Shown here piece by piece: positions 62,791-64,000 of a stretch of DNA of 64,000 bases. Source of the stretch: Eledone cirrhosa (taxonomy: Eukaryota); contig OZ024752.1 of the NCBI GenBank assembly GCA_964016885.1, positions 26,040,001-26,104,000 of the forward strand, written 5' to 3'. The first letter of the stretch is position 1. Every line of letters starts with the position of its first letter. The notes under the pieces were generated by a model that saw only the letters and a program-made list of their open reading frames with translations, did not search any database and was not told where the DNA came from. The position numbers and the translations under genes are program-made.

Positions 62791-64000
62791 GCTAGGTTGG
62801 TAGATTGCTAAGTAGGTTGCTTGAAAATAGGAAGACAGAAAGGTAAGTATAAAAGCAGGTATGTATTATATAGCGGGGTAGATATAGTAAATAGGTAAGT
62901 AGGTAGCTAAAATAGTCAGGTGTAGTAGCTAGGTAGATAGGTATAGTTAATTTGTTTGCAGGTGGGATGTGTGATGTGATGTGTGCATGTCTGTATGCGT
63001 GTATGTATGTACGTGTGTATGTGTGTATGTATGTATGCGTGTATGTGTGTGTATGTGCGTGTATGTGTGTGTATGTGTGTGTGTATGTATGTGTGTATGT
63101 GCGTGTATGTGTATGTTTGTATGTGTGTATGTGTGTGTACGTTATTGTATGTGTGCGCAAGTGCGTGTGTATGTGTGTGTATGTGTGTGTATGTGTGTGC
63201 GTGTTTGTGTGTCTATGTATGCGTGTATGTATGTGTGTATTTGTGTGTTTCGGTGTGTGTGTGTGTGTGAGTATGTATGTGTGTGTTTCGGTGTGTGCAT
63301 GCATGTATGTATGTGTAGGTGTATGTGTGTATGTGTGTGTATGTATGCGTGTATGTATGTGTGTATGTGTGTATTTGTGTATTTCGGTGTATGTGAGTAT
63401 GTATGTGTATGTGTGTGTGTGCATGTATGTATGTATGTGTAGGTGTATGTGTGTATGTGTGTGTATGTATGCGTGTGTGTATGTGTGTATTTGTGTGTTT
63501 CGGTGTGTGTGAGTGTGTATATATATGTATATATGTGTGTGTGTATATATATGTTTGTGTGTGAGTATCTATGTGTGTATGTGTGTGTATTGGGTTCTTA
63601 ATATCAGATCAGCTGCAAGTGGCTGCACCACTATAAACTGTTGCTGTTGCTGTTGTTGTTGTTGCTGTTTTTGTTGTTGCTGTTGTTGTTGTTGTTGTTG
63701 TTTAGTGTTAGGTCAGCTGTAAGCGAGCTGACGTATGAAAAAAAACGTTCCTACCATAACCATCTATATTTTATCAAATATGTCATCTGTTTCATTTTAG
63801 GAAGTCGGATCTAAGTTTCAGGTCTTGTCTCATGACCTAACATACAGCCACACACACATGTAAAATCCGGTTTTCCTTATTCGTCTATTTATACAATACT
63901 GTGTAGTAGATGAGTCTATAATTATTTTGCTGAGTACACCGTATTATAGCGTCCATGTTAGCTACTGGGGTATTGCTGAATATTTTTTTAAACAAAAATT

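Overview
Eukaryotic, AT-rich, microsatellite-dense DNA made almost entirely of transposable elements. The repeat spectrum (very long (TA)n/(CA)n/(GGT)n tracts, an abundant tRNA-headed Nin/Deu-domain SINE, RTE, CR1, R4/Dong and Penelope elements) resembles a cephalopod (Octopus-like) genome; this is an inference. No host protein-coding gene can be supported, and most listed ORFs are translations of microsatellites. Real coding content is retroelement-derived. There are five Tx1-clade (L1 group) LINE copies from at least two families, one at 16475-22180 with both ORFs open, plus R4/Dong fragments, RTE, CR1 and CRE relics, a Penelope element with three hammerhead ribozymes, hAT and Tc/mariner MITEs, and about 20 SINEs. 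Main observation: in every Tx1 copy where the region is present, ORF2 is bracketed by a consensus splice donor (AG|GTAAGT) at the end of ORF1 and an acceptor (CTGTAG|G) whose AG is the ORF2 stop codon. Splicing would remove all of ORF2 and re-terminate ORF1 within 2-3 codons, suggesting a spliced ORF1-only mRNA. The Tx1 families also appear microsatellite-specific ((ATT)n versus (TATC)n), share a covarying 5'UTR hairpin, and have a 3' tail resembling that of the local SINE.
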